A stretch of 64,000 bases of DNA from Candidatus Bathyarchaeota archaeon (GTDB lineage Archaea; Thermoproteota; Bathyarchaeia; Bathyarchaeales; DTEX01): contig CAVQNT010000002.1 in NCBI GenBank assembly GCA_963714275.1, positions 832,001-896,000 of the forward strand, given 5' to 3'. The notes beneath the pieces were generated by a model. That model saw only the letters and a program-made list of their open reading frames with translations. It did no database searches and was not told where the DNA came from. Made by a program: the position numbers and the translations under genes. How positions within the stretch are numbered: the first letter of the stretch is position 1; every line of letters begins with the position of its first letter. Below are positions 43,513-53,526 of the stretch, piece by piece.

Positions 43513-43649
43513 GCCGCGGTAGCTTAGTTTGGGAGAGCACCCGACTTACAGCTGTCCGAATCAGCAAAGTAAGGGTGAAGCTGAAGCCCAAACCGAGCGC
43601 AAGGTCTGAAACCGGGTTGTCGGGTGTTCAAGTCACCCCCGCGGCACCA
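43513..43649 (+). tRNA. tRNA-Phe(GAA) with two introns (43544..43579 at position 30/31; 43587..43610 at 37/38)
   Basis: Splicing gives CCCGG-CT-GAA-GA-CCGGG; both introns form BHB motifs; encoded CCA. Confidence 0.9.
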
Positions 43650-43743
43650 GAACAAACTATTCAGCGATAACCGTTTTTCGAGTCTGTTTTACCCAGAAAA
43701 AATATAAGTTCATGAACCCTCTTCGGATAAGAGGTCTTAAGTA

Positions 43744-44382
43744 ATGCCTTCGTCGGTTCTGTCTCACCAAGCGCCCGTGCTTCAGCTTAAGATTAAGTGG
43801 TCAAAAAAGTTTGACGGCACAAGCCTGTGTGTAGGCTCATTTGCCCCGGACTTTGAATGGTTTCTTTCCTTGTTCAACATCAGCGTCGCCGAACGTACGT
43901 TTCATTCCGTGGGCGAAATGATCTACATTTTCCCGGTGTCTCTTGTTTTGGTGCTTCTCCTCGACAAAGTATTGTTGCCGTTAGCGTCATTTTTTGCGAG
44001 AAACAACCGTTTAGGTCCGTTCTCTAGGTGCCTGTCGTTCTTCGGCGTCGACGAATGGCATATTCTGAAAACCAAAAAAATGGACGCCCGTTGGCTAGTG
44101 AAGGCATCCTACTCTTTTGTCGTAGGCGTTCTGTCTCATTTTCTACTCGACCTGCCGAGTCACGACCAAATAACGTACTTGGAACCATTTTATAGTGCCG
44201 TAATGCCCACGTGGTTCCTGCGTGAATATGCGAGGTTGGAGCTGCCCCTTTTTGGATTCGAAGAAGTGACCATTTACAACCTGCTTTGGCTTGTCTTCAC
44301 CGTGGTCTTTGGCATCGTCGCGCTTTACCAGTTACGTTACATTAAGAAACACAAATTGATGGCGAAATGGTACGGAACCTAG
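43744..44382 (+). CDS. DUF4184-like membrane protein
   Basis: MPxxxxSHQA, GSFAPD, SHFLLD motifs. Confidence 0.65.
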   Translation: MPSSVLSHQAPVLQLKIKWSKKFDGTSLCVGSFAPDFEWFLSLFNISVAERTFHSVGEMIYIFPVSLVLVLLLDKVLLPLASFFARNNRLGPFSRCLSFFGVDEWHILKTKKMDARWLVKASYSFVVGVLSHFLLDLPSHDQITYLEPFYSAVMPTWFLREYARLELPLFGFEEVTIYNLLWLVFTVVFGIVALYQLRYIKKHKLMAKWYGT

Positions 44383-44464
44383 GCAACTCGGCTGAACATT
44401 TGGTTAAAGGTTAATAGGGCGTCTAAAAGATTTTAAGACAACACTCAATACAATTCATACCTGC

Positions 44465-44542
44465 GCGGCTGTAGTCTAGTTTGGTCCAGGACGTCAGCCT
44501 GCCACGCTGGTGACCCGGGTTCAAATCCCGGCAGCCGCACCA
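44465..44542 (+). tRNA. tRNA-Gly(GCC)
   Basis: GCGGCTG/CAGCCGC acceptor stem, CT-GCC-AC loop, encoded CCA. Confidence 0.95.
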
Positions 44543-45087
44543 TGATCAGGCTTTTCTAGAATTCATGGCTCAAAAAAATTGGTGGAATTATTGAATGTTG
44601 TAAGAACCTATGTGCTGGGTATTTTTAGGGAATTTCCGTAAGAGTTCTAAGTCAGCGGTTAGAAGGGCAGCCTTAAGATGGAGAGTGAACGCAACATACG
44701 AAGCATCATAGACTGATACATCATGTTTTAAGCTAATCGTGGCGGCTTGTTCAAGAATTTTGCCTTTAGGTTCCCACGTATCAAAGCTAGCTCAGCTATA
44801 GGCAGCGCTTGAGTAAGTGGCTTTCCAGACTTCCAAAATTTCCTTTTCGACGGGAGTCATCTTCTTAAAGATATTGTTCATGCCCATGGTTCATCAAAAC
44901 TTACCATATTATGGGAACCTTTTAAATAAAATTTTAGCATATTCAAACTAACTTCAGACTTTTCTGATGGTTCATTGCCTTTTCTCACGCTTGCGTCAGC
45001 GACGTTTTTTGTTTAAACCGTTTTTATCATGCAAACAGAAAATCCCATTGTCACACAAAAACAGACAGCCTATGACGCCATTGGTTT

Positions 45088-46292
45088 TTATAAGCCCCAA
45101 TGTTCGTTGATGGGTTTCTGGTATTCCTCAGTTTTTCCGCTGACGACTTCGTCGTACTTCACGGCTTGACCGACATATGCGGATTCGAAAATGGCTTCGC
45201 AGATGGCTTTAGCTTTCAGTCCAGCATCGCCATCAACCTCAGGCTTCCTCTTCTTTTCAACGGCGTCCAAGAAGTCGTAGCATTCGATGACGAAACCGTC
45301 CATGAACCCATGCGGGAACAACGCGTTTTTTTTCGCTTCGCCCAGCTGGGCAAGATATTGCTTCTGCATCTCAACCATCGGCGTCGTAATTTTCTTGGGA
45401 CCTTCCTGCAAAATTATTTCGGCGGAACTGAACGGACCATGGAAGGCATCACCATGGTCGAGAATGCATCCTTTGCTGCCGTAGTGGACAACATTCGTGT
45501 ACGAGTAACCGGGGGCAGCCATAGTCCACTCCAAACTGCGACCAATCCGTTTTTGAAGGTTACCGTGGCAGCCCAAGTGTCTTCTCGGTCGTCCATGACT
45601 GATTTGTCTTCCTTTTTGTGAGGCCACTTTTCGAGCTGCTGAACCTTCGCGTAGACTGTTTCCGGGTCCCCGTACAGGAACCGTATGGTGTCGCAGAAGT
45701 GGGCACCGCTGTCCATAACCATGCCTCCTCCGCCCATCCACTTGTCGACCCTCCAGTGCCACCGTCTCTCTGTCGACGGGTCGAACCAGCCTGCTTGTTG
45801 AGAAAAAAGGAGCCGTGGCGTGCCTAAGAGCTTTAACTCGTTGATGATCCAGTGAGAGGTACGCTGGCTGATTCCTCGGCGGATGTTCTCAGCCGTGGCA
45901 ACGATCTTTTTGTTCTTTTTTCCAGCAGCGATTATGGTTTTGCTTGCCTTGACCGTTATGCCCAAGGGCTTCTCAATCATCACGTTGACGCCGGCATCGA
46001 GACACGCAATCCCCGCAATGTGGTGTTCAGAATGAGGCGTACAAATGTCAACCGCGTCGAGCTCTTCCTTGGCCAACATCTCCAAAACACTGGTGTAAAC
46101 TTTCGGCTTGTGGTCTTGAAGGGCTGCAGCTTGGTCCGCGAACTGTTTGGCTGACGCAGTCACGGGGTCGCACATGGCTGTGAACTCAAACTTCGCGGGT
46201 TCCTTTTGCTTAATCTGTTTATATGATTGCAGGTGGACCTTGGCTATTCCGCCGCATCCTATCATTGCGAGCTGTAAAGGTTTTTGGGGCAA
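45088..46292 (-). CDS. Gfo/Idh/MocA family oxidoreductase (apparent frameshift near 45529)
   Basis: GCGGIA, IEKPLG, DSGAH. Confidence 0.85.
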
Positions 46293-46425
46293 CTTGTTCA
46301 GTCTCCAATTATTTGACGGGTATAATGTCTATGCCTTATTTCTTATTAGACTTTTGACTTAAGCCTACACCACGGTTAAAAGTTAGGTATCTTTAATCAA
46401 ATCATAAGCCTTAATTGGGACAGAA

Positions 46426-47274
46426 ATGTTCTTCACGTTACACCCGACCATACGAGGCGTTAGAATGCAGAAAAAGTCACCGATGATTGTTCGGTCCGCA
46501 GAGGAAGAAAAAGATTATGCTACCCTAGCCCATGTCATGAGCGAATGCTTTGGACCCGTGACGCCTCGAAACATGAAGAGGTGGATTCAAAATGAAAAAA
46601 AGAACGCCTCAGGGTACGACAGGTTCTTTGTGGCTGAGGTAGACGGAAAAGCTGTCGGCAACGTTTCAGCGGCTCCTCGGAAGCTGCACTTGGGCGAAGA
46701 AGTCTACGTGAAGACGCTGGGAGTTTTAGCTGTTTGCACTAGCTCAGAATATAGAAACCGGGGCGTAGCCACAAGCCTGCTTAAGCAAGCGATGGCTTTT
46801 GCGGACAAGTCGGGGTTCTCGAACACTTCCCTTTACACTGCCACTTTGCTTCCAGCGCACAGGATTTACGAGCGGCAGGGTTTTCGTGACGTAGAAAAAA
46901 CCACGAGATACGTCAAACATTTGGATTATGATTTTTTTTCCGAAGGTGGGTAATGTGGTGCAACCGTTACCTAAAATATTCTAACATAGACTCAAAAGAC
47001 GCTTCAAGGCTGGAACCACTCGGTTGTTTTCGATTTAGGAAGCATAGGCGTCAAGGCGTTCCGGTTCAGAAACGGTCGTTTTCAAAGGTTGACTAAGCCC
47101 CCTCAGGCAGCAGACATCCACATAGTCGCAAGTGCAGAGACCTTGACGCGCCTCATGTCCGAAGTATGCTTTTTGGGGGATGCAATAAAAACTGGGGAGG
47201 TGCAGGTGAAAAGAGGAAGCGACTCTGACCTTAAGATTCTAAACAAGATTCTGGTGGGCATCTGGGACGAGTGA
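46426..47274 (+). CDS. GNAT acetyltransferase with C-terminal SCP2-like domain (apparent frameshifts near 46935 and 46990)
   Basis: VCTSSEYRNRGVA, YERQGF; C-terminal DIHIVAS...GEVQVK. Confidence 0.7.
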
Positions 47275-47296
47275 GACGGGACTTGAGATTAGGCAG

Positions 47297-48052
47297 ATGG
47301 TTCAAGGGGACGCTCAGCAATTACTCAAACTTCACGCAAGTTTCACTCAAGAATATGTGGGTCCTTTTGAACGAGAGGTCGAGTATTATCGGCGGGCAGC
47401 CAGAAAGAAAGATGGGCTTCGATGGGTAGCCGTAAACCAGAAGGGGCAAATCGTCGGGTATGTCATGGCATTCTACCTTAAAAGGAGAAGGTTTGGAAGA
47501 ATATTCGAGATTGCAGTGGATCCAAACTTGGATTTTGGTTCCGTCGCGAGAATGCTTGTCGAAAAAGTACATAATATTTTGGTCGAAAAAGGCGTAGCGA
47601 CCATCCAAGCTCCAACCATGTTGAACCCAAATTACGAACAGGTTTTTCCTGATATGGGGTTCTTCAAGGTTGAAATGCAGGAAGTTTTCATGGTTGCCAT
47701 CAACAACATTCCAAGGTTTCTCGATGAAATAAAACCCATCATGGTAAACCGCCTAAAAAAAGTTCAAGGCTGGAACGGAACATTGGAACTGAAATGCGGA
47801 GAACACAGCACCTTCTTCAAGAAAGACGGCGACAAAATCCAAACGTTCGACTGGACAAACCACGACATGGATTACAGAATCCTCATGGACGAATACACCC
47901 TCACAGCGGTTCTGCTAGGCGTAACAGAATACGAAGCTGCATATGCCGAAGGAAAAATTCAGATTAAAACAGTGCTTTCTAAGGGTAAAGCAAAAGAACT
48001 GTTGGGAACCCTCTTTCCGAAACGCCAATTCCTAGCGTTCAACTTTTGGTAG
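47297..48052 (+). CDS. GNAT acetyltransferase with C-terminal SCP2-like domain
   Basis: IVGYV...EIAVDP; C-terminal LTAVLLG...EGKIQI...LFP. Confidence 0.7.
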   Translation: MVQGDAQQLLKLHASFTQEYVGPFEREVEYYRRAARKKDGLRWVAVNQKGQIVGYVMAFYLKRRRFGRIFEIAVDPNLDFGSVARMLVEKVHNILVEKGVATIQAPTMLNPNYEQVFPDMGFFKVEMQEVFMVAINNIPRFLDEIKPIMVNRLKKVQGWNGTLELKCGEHSTFFKKDGDKIQTFDWTNHDMDYRILMDEYTLTAVLLGVTEYEAAYAEGKIQIKTVLSKGKAKELLGTLFPKRQFLAFNFW

Positions 48053-48117
48053 CCCGACATTGTCGCATGTTTCAAAGTTTTGATTTTATGGAATCATGAA
48101 CCGTCTTTCGACGCCTT

Positions 48118-49458
48118 TCAGAGCCTTCTATGGGCGATTTCCGCTGCTAAAACCAGTGGTTCCCAAGCTTCACAGACCGATGGCGCATAGCACGTGTCAG
48201 CTTTAGCGAGGTCGTAGACCGATATGTGGTTCTGGATAGCCAAAGCCAAAGCATTAATGCGTTGGGTTACCTCTTCGCCGCCGACGATCTGTCCTCCCAC
48301 GACGCGCTTGGTTTTCTTCTCCACGACAATCTTGATTTTGATCGGCAAACCGCCTGGAAAATAGTCAGCCCTAGTCTTACTCGTTAACTTGCCGACAACA
48401 ACATCCACGCCAACCTGCTTAGCCCAGAACTCTGTGAGTCCGACTCCGCCCACGTCAAGATGGAAGATTCGGGAAATCCAAGAGAATAGGGTTCCCGGGT
48501 AAACTGCGTCTCCGCCTGCAGCGTTAGTGCCTGCTACTTTGCCCATCTTTACAGCTGCTGAACCCAAAAGCGGCAACGCTGGCTTTCCAGTCACGATGTG
48601 CGTTGTTTCAGCGCAGTCTCCAGCCGCATAAACGTTTTCGTTGCTTGTCTGCATTTGGCTGTTCGTTTTGATACCGCGAGTCTCACCTACAGCTATTCCT
48701 GCCTTTTGAGCTAATTCAACGTTCGGTCTTACGCCCGCAGCGTTCAAAACGATGTCTGCTGGAATCTCTTCGCCACCGACAGTTACTGCCTTAACCTTTT
48801 TTTCTCCTAGAATGGCTTCTGCTGGTTTTCCGAGAATGAAAGTTACGCCATTTTCTTCGAACCTTTTTTGGACGTTGCTGGACATGTCAGGGTCCAAAAG
48901 ACGCGGGAGAACCGAAGGAAGCATTTCGACAACTGTGGTTTTTATTCCGCTCTCCATGAAAGCTTCAGTTGCTTCCAGTCCCACAAGCCCAGAACCAATC
49001 ACTACGGCTGCCTTAGCCTTCTGCATGGCTTGAGCCAGTTTCTGTCCGTCGCTTAGTGTGTGAAGCGTCAAGACGCCTTCCTTGTCTATTCCTTCAAGGG
49101 GCAGCTGGAAGGGGTAAGCGCCCGTCGCAAGAATTAAGATGTCATACTCTAGGATTTCATGTTTCCCGTCTTTGGATTCAGTTTCAACGGTTTTCGTCTT
49201 CGTGACGACGTTTGTTGCTGTAGTCTCCTGTTTCAAGTCAAATTTCATCATCCGATAGAAGTTGGGCGAATAGACCACTAGATTCTCGAATGAGGGTATG
49301 TGCCCACCAAGAACGAAGGGAAGCCCGCATCTGGAATATGCTCCCACATTGTCCTTGGTTAAAAGAGTGATTTCGGCTTCTCTGTCGGTTTTTCGGGCTG
49401 CCACAGCTGCGTCGACGCCTGCAGCGTTCGCTCCGATTATGACTATTTTTTTGGACAT
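48118..49458 (-). CDS. NADH oxidase / CoA-disulfide reductase family flavoprotein
   Basis: GANAAG, YSRCGLP redox Cys, GSGLVG, AAGD, CYAP. Confidence 0.9.
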   Translation of the reverse strand: MSKKIVIIGANAAGVDAAVAARKTDREAEITLLTKDNVGAYSRCGLPFVLGGHIPSFENLVVYSPNFYRMMKFDLKQETTATNVVTKTKTVETESKDGKHEILEYDILILATGAYPFQLPLEGIDKEGVLTLHTLSDGQKLAQAMQKAKAAVVIGSGLVGLEATEAFMESGIKTTVVEMLPSVLPRLLDPDMSSNVQKRFEENGVTFILGKPAEAILGEKKVKAVTVGGEEIPADIVLNAAGVRPNVELAQKAGIAVGETRGIKTNSQMQTSNENVYAAGDCAETTHIVTGKPALPLLGSAAVKMGKVAGTNAAGGDAVYPGTLFSWISRIFHLDVGGVGLTEFWAKQVGVDVVVGKLTSKTRADYFPGGLPIKIKIVVEKKTKRVVGGQIVGGEEVTQRINALALAIQNHISVYDLAKADTCYAPSVCEAWEPLVLAAEIAHRRL

Positions 49459-49463
49459 TATGC

Positions 49464-49889
49464 TTAGCTTTCCTGGGCGAGTTGTTTGTGCCACTCCGCA
49501 GCCTGTTCATAGTTCATTAGGGTTTTAAGGTCGTCCGCTAGGTTTGTGGGCGATATTACGAGTATCCAGCCTTCGTTGTACGGGTCCTCGTTGAGCGTTT
49601 CTGGGTTGCTGCCAACTTTTCCGTTTACTTCGACGATTTTTCCGCTGACAGGCGCAACAAGGTCGGATACGGATTTAACTGATTCAACTGTTCCGAAGGG
49701 TTCGCCTTTTATGGCTTCGTTTCCTGCGCTGGGGAGCTCCGCGAAGACAACCTCGTTCAGCTGTTTCTGTGCGTAATCGGTTATGCCCACTCGGACTTTA
49801 CCGTTCTCGACTTTAACCCACATCCAATCCTTGGAGTAATACAAGCCTTCGGCAACTTCGTAGCCTTGAACCTTCACCAAGTTTGCCAC
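49464..49889 (-). CDS. gcvH: Glycine cleavage H-like lipoyl carrier protein
   Basis: VGITDYAQ, VESVKSVSD lipoyl Lys, DPYNEGW. Confidence 0.92.
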   Translation of the reverse strand: MANLVKVQGYEVAEGLYYSKDWMWVKVENGKVRVGITDYAQKQLNEVVFAELPSAGNEAIKGEPFGTVESVKSVSDLVAPVSGKIVEVNGKVGSNPETLNEDPYNEGWILVISPTNLADDLKTLMNYEQAAEWHKQLAQES

Positions 49890-50074
49890 CTCATTCAGAG
49901 ATTGTTTTTTGCTTCTGCATAATAAATTTAACTAAAAATAATGGAGGAGGAAATGTAAAAATTGTGTTAACAGTATTCGTTAATGAAAAACCAACATTTA
50001 GGGCGTTTCTGTCTGGTCTGATTTGTGTAACATCGGTTTTCAATTTTTGTATAATAAACGTTTTCTTTATTGCA

Positions 50075-51293
50075 TTATTCGAACAGTGTCACGGTAACCT
50101 GTTCGTCTTCTTCTATCACGTCTAGGTTTATGGGCAAGATGATGTATCCGTCTGCTTTAGCTAGGCTAGTTATGTCGCCTGATTTTTTGAAGGTCGGATA
50201 AGCCTTGCCATTCTTCAACTTTACTGGAAGAAACTGTTCTCTGCCCGAGCCTGAAACGAACTGTTTGCCCATTTTCGCCTTAACCGTTTTAGGGTTCATC
50301 GGAGGCAGCTTAGCCAACACACGGATTACTGGAACAAGAAAAACGTAGGCGTTGCTTAGGCACGAAGTCGGGTATCCAGGCATCCCGAAAACGGGCTTTC
50401 CTTCAACTATTCCGAAAAGGGTTGGTTTACCGGGCTTTATTTGAACGCCGTGGAAGACAACTTCGCCTGTTTTTTCGAGAACCTTAACAAGGAGGTCCCG
50501 TTCGCCAACTGAGACTCCCGCCTGAAAACACAATCAGGTCGTGGTTGAGAAAGCTGATTACTGCGGACTTAAGGCTCTCAAACGAGTCTGGCACAACCGG
50601 AGATCTTGTTACCTGAGCTCCGTTCGCTGAAAGAATAGAAGCTAAAGTATACGTGTTGACGTCGTAAATTTGTCCCTTGCCAATCTTTGCGCCGGGTTCA
50701 CAAATTTCGGATCCAGTCGGAACAACAACAATACAAGGCTTCTCGTAGACCGAAACCGTTCTTTGCCCCAACGCAGCCATAACTCCTACTTTCGCGGGCG
50801 TGATGATTTCGCCCTTTTTCAGGACTGCTTCGCCTTTTTTCATGTCTTCTCCTCGGGGTGAAATGTTTGCTCCGGGATGAACCGCGTCGAAAACGGAAAC
50901 GTTGCCTTCTGTTTCGTCAGTGAATTCAACCATAACCACGGCGTCTGTACCTAACGGAACTGGACAGCCTGTTGCTATCCTCACGCATTCACCTTTATTC
51001 ACAGTGATGCTGAATGATTCTCCTGCGTGCAAAACAGCTGCGACTTTAAGGTCCTAGGGTTTTGTTGAGACGCGCCATAAGTGTCCTCAGCTTTAACTGC
51101 GTAGCCATCCATTGCAGCCCGGTCGAAGGGTGGAACGTCTTCTTTGGCTATGATGTCTTCCGCTAAGACTCGTCCCGAAGATTCCTCGATTGGGACGGTT
51201 TCGGTTCTCTCAACAGGTTTCACGGGAGCTCATAATCCTCTTTATCGCTTCTTCACGGGATATGAGAAGCTTGAACGGAACCATTTCGCTCAC
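50075..51293 (-). CDS. moeA: Molybdopterin molybdenum transferase MoeA (three apparent frameshifts)
   Basis: [22 protein letters not shown](S)SVG, KPGKP, PGYP. Confidence 0.9.
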
Positions 51294-51467
51294 GAGATTG
51301 ACCCTCCTCTTGTTAACCATTTTAGACTTGCATCGACCCTAGTCTAAATTTGTATATTCGGTTTCATCATCAGCAAGAACGAAGGAAGCTTAATAACTTT
51401 AACTAAACGAAAGCGGCTTTAGGTTTTTCGTTTTTCATCGGTCAGGAAACACAGAAAGGCGCGTGGT

Positions 51468-51947
51468 TCATCCGCCAGGCGAGCCATGGAACGGGACGCT
51501 TCTCCACATGACTTCGAACCATTCTTCATCGGTGATGGTTTCTCCTCGGACCAGAATCTCCAGAATCCGCTGCAAAAGCGCATGATGCCTTTTTTCGTCT
51601 TCAAGAATCGCGGTGAGGAGCAGCTTGACCTTTTCGTCTTTTAAGTTGGGGATTTGCTCGCCTATTTTTTCTATGAGAACCGCCTCTATCTGGATGTGTT
51701 TTTCGACGAGGGCTTTCTGGGTTTCGAGCTGTTTCTGCGTGAGAGCCTTCGGAGTTTTCGTTAAAAGGTTGATGGCTGAAGCGTACATCTGAGCGTGCTT
51801 CAACGAGTCCAGCGAAACGCCCTTTAAGGTTCCCTTTACAGCTGGGTTCTCAACGTCAACTAAGCCCTTGTTCAGCGAATCAACAATCCCGTTTTCAACC
51901 TTTATTTGTTCCTTAAGAAACTTCAGCAACATTTCTTTGGTGCTCAA
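51468..51947 (-). CDS. Ferritin/rubrerythrin-like diiron protein
   Basis: DSLKH and DEKRH helix motifs. Confidence 0.75.
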   Translation of the reverse strand: MSTKEMLLKFLKEQIKVENGIVDSLNKGLVDVENPAVKGTLKGVSLDSLKHAQMYASAINLLTKTPKALTQKQLETQKALVEKHIQIEAVLIEKIGEQIPNLKDEKVKLLLTAILEDEKRHHALLQRILEILVRGETITDEEWFEVMWRSVPFHGSPGG

Positions 51948-52024
51948 AAAGTTAACCTCCTTTCTTGGACTTGATTTATTTTATGTTGTGTTAAAGACAA
52001 AAGGGTTTCGGAATTGTGGTGTTC

Positions 52025-53041
52025 TCAAATCTTCTGCATTAAAAGGGTGGTCTCGAACCTGTTGTGAGGTAGCCTTCTAACCCTAAAGTTTGCATACTGA
52101 GATCCAAGGATTTGGATTGCTTCTTCAACGTGCCTTTTCCTGTTTCTTGTTATGAACTTCACCGTCATGATTGCAAAACTACCTTTCTTCAAGCAAGAAG
52201 CAAAAGCAACCATTATCTTCGCGGATTCAGCGGGAGCAAGGTTCATGTCGTTCGTTACAAAGTCAAACAAACCTATGTCGTCTGGAATTTCCTCAGCCCT
52301 GCACCACAAGTGAACCACATTAGGTAGCCTTTCAACCTCGGACTCCAAAGCAGCTGGGTCAACCGCCACCACCTTTTTTGCTGAGTGAGCTAACACTTTT
52401 GTCCAACCACCAGGAGCCGCGCCGAGGTCTAGCACTTCGTAGTTTGGCTTAACCTCGACATTGAAGGTTCCGAGAGCTTCCTTGATTTTGTGTTCTGCGC
52501 GTGTGAACGGTCTTTCGCCCTTCGCGTATTTTCTGGAGACCCGTATCGGTTTAACGATAAGGTTTTCTGAATCTGTTAGTCCTAGGAAAGTGGTATTCTG
52601 AAAAATTTGGACAACCACAACTTTTTTCGGGTTCCGCAAATCCACCGTGGCTCCGGAGGTTTCTTCAAGTTTTAAGCCCAAGATCCGTTCGACGTCTTGG
52701 CTTGAAAAATTGTGAGTCCCCCGCCTCTGGCACCTGACCGCGAAACTGTCTTCAGGTTTAAGCTTCCCTTCCAACAACTCATAAAGTCTAAAGATGCTTT
52801 CTTTTTCGGGTGTAATCGCGACTTTCGCGTCAACGGGAAAAACTCGGCCAATGCAAAGGGTTTCGGAATCCTTTAACTTTTTTACTGCCTCTTCCTCTTT
52901 CAAAGAAAATTCGACCAGAAGGTTGCCCTTAAAGAATAGACTTCGGACCTTTGAGCCTGGAAGTATACCTTCAATTTCCCTTTTTGCTTCAAGCTCGAAA
53001 CCAGAAGGAACCGTGACGATGAACGAAATTCCCGTATTCAT
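52025..53041 (-). CDS. THUMP plus FtsJ-type RNA methyltransferase (RlmM-like)
   Basis: THUMP (FAVR, VDLRNP); RAEHKI, DLGAAPGGW, TNDM, TVK. Confidence 0.8.
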   Translation of the reverse strand: MNTGISFIVTVPSGFELEAKREIEGILPGSKVRSLFFKGNLLVEFSLKEEEAVKKLKDSETLCIGRVFPVDAKVAITPEKESIFRLYELLEGKLKPEDSFAVRCQRRGTHNFSSQDVERILGLKLEETSGATVDLRNPKKVVVVQIFQNTTFLGLTDSENLIVKPIRVSRKYAKGERPFTRAEHKIKEALGTFNVEVKPNYEVLDLGAAPGGWTKVLAHSAKKVVAVDPAALESEVERLPNVVHLWCRAEEIPDDIGLFDFVTNDMNLAPAESAKIMVAFASCLKKGSFAIMTVKFITRNRKRHVEEAIQILGSQYANFRVRRLPHNRFETTLLMQKI

Positions 53042-53152
53042 TGGGCAACCTTCGTTTCATACTTCGTTATTTTATTTTCTGGACTGCTTCAACAACCCAA
53101 CCAATTATACAAAAAAACAAAGGAAAAAAGGACTTTGCGTAAACGTAGACTC

Positions 53153-53476
53153 TTAAGGCAGGATGATTTTTATCACTTGAACGGGGCACTGGGTTTCACA
53201 CGCGAGGCACTGTATGCATTCTTCTTGCCTTGCGGGAAAAGTCTTCTTGTCCGATTTGGGATGCCCAGGAGTGTTTCGCCACTCATAAAGCTGCACGGGG
53301 CAAACCTCAAGGCATATTCCGTGTCCTTCGCAGATATCCCAGTCTACAGCCACGTTGGTTCCTCTGATGCCCAGCTTTTTAGGAGGCTCCGTTGGTCCCC
53401 AGATTGCCACGCCTTCTTGTTCTCCGGTCTTTTTGCGGTTTTTCTGAAAATCAGAATCTATAGGCAAACGGTTCAC
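53153..53476 (-). CDS. Dicluster ferredoxin with Zfx-like N-terminal extension
   Basis: CEGHGICLEVCP and CIQCLACETQCP. Confidence 0.88.
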   Translation of the reverse strand: MNRLPIDSDFQKNRKKTGEQEGVAIWGPTEPPKKLGIRGTNVAVDWDICEGHGICLEVCPVQLYEWRNTPGHPKSDKKTFPARQEECIQCLACETQCPVQVIKIILP

Positions 53477-53526
53477 CTAACAACATAATAGATACCTTGA
53501 AAATATTAACGTTTCTTTCTCAGACT

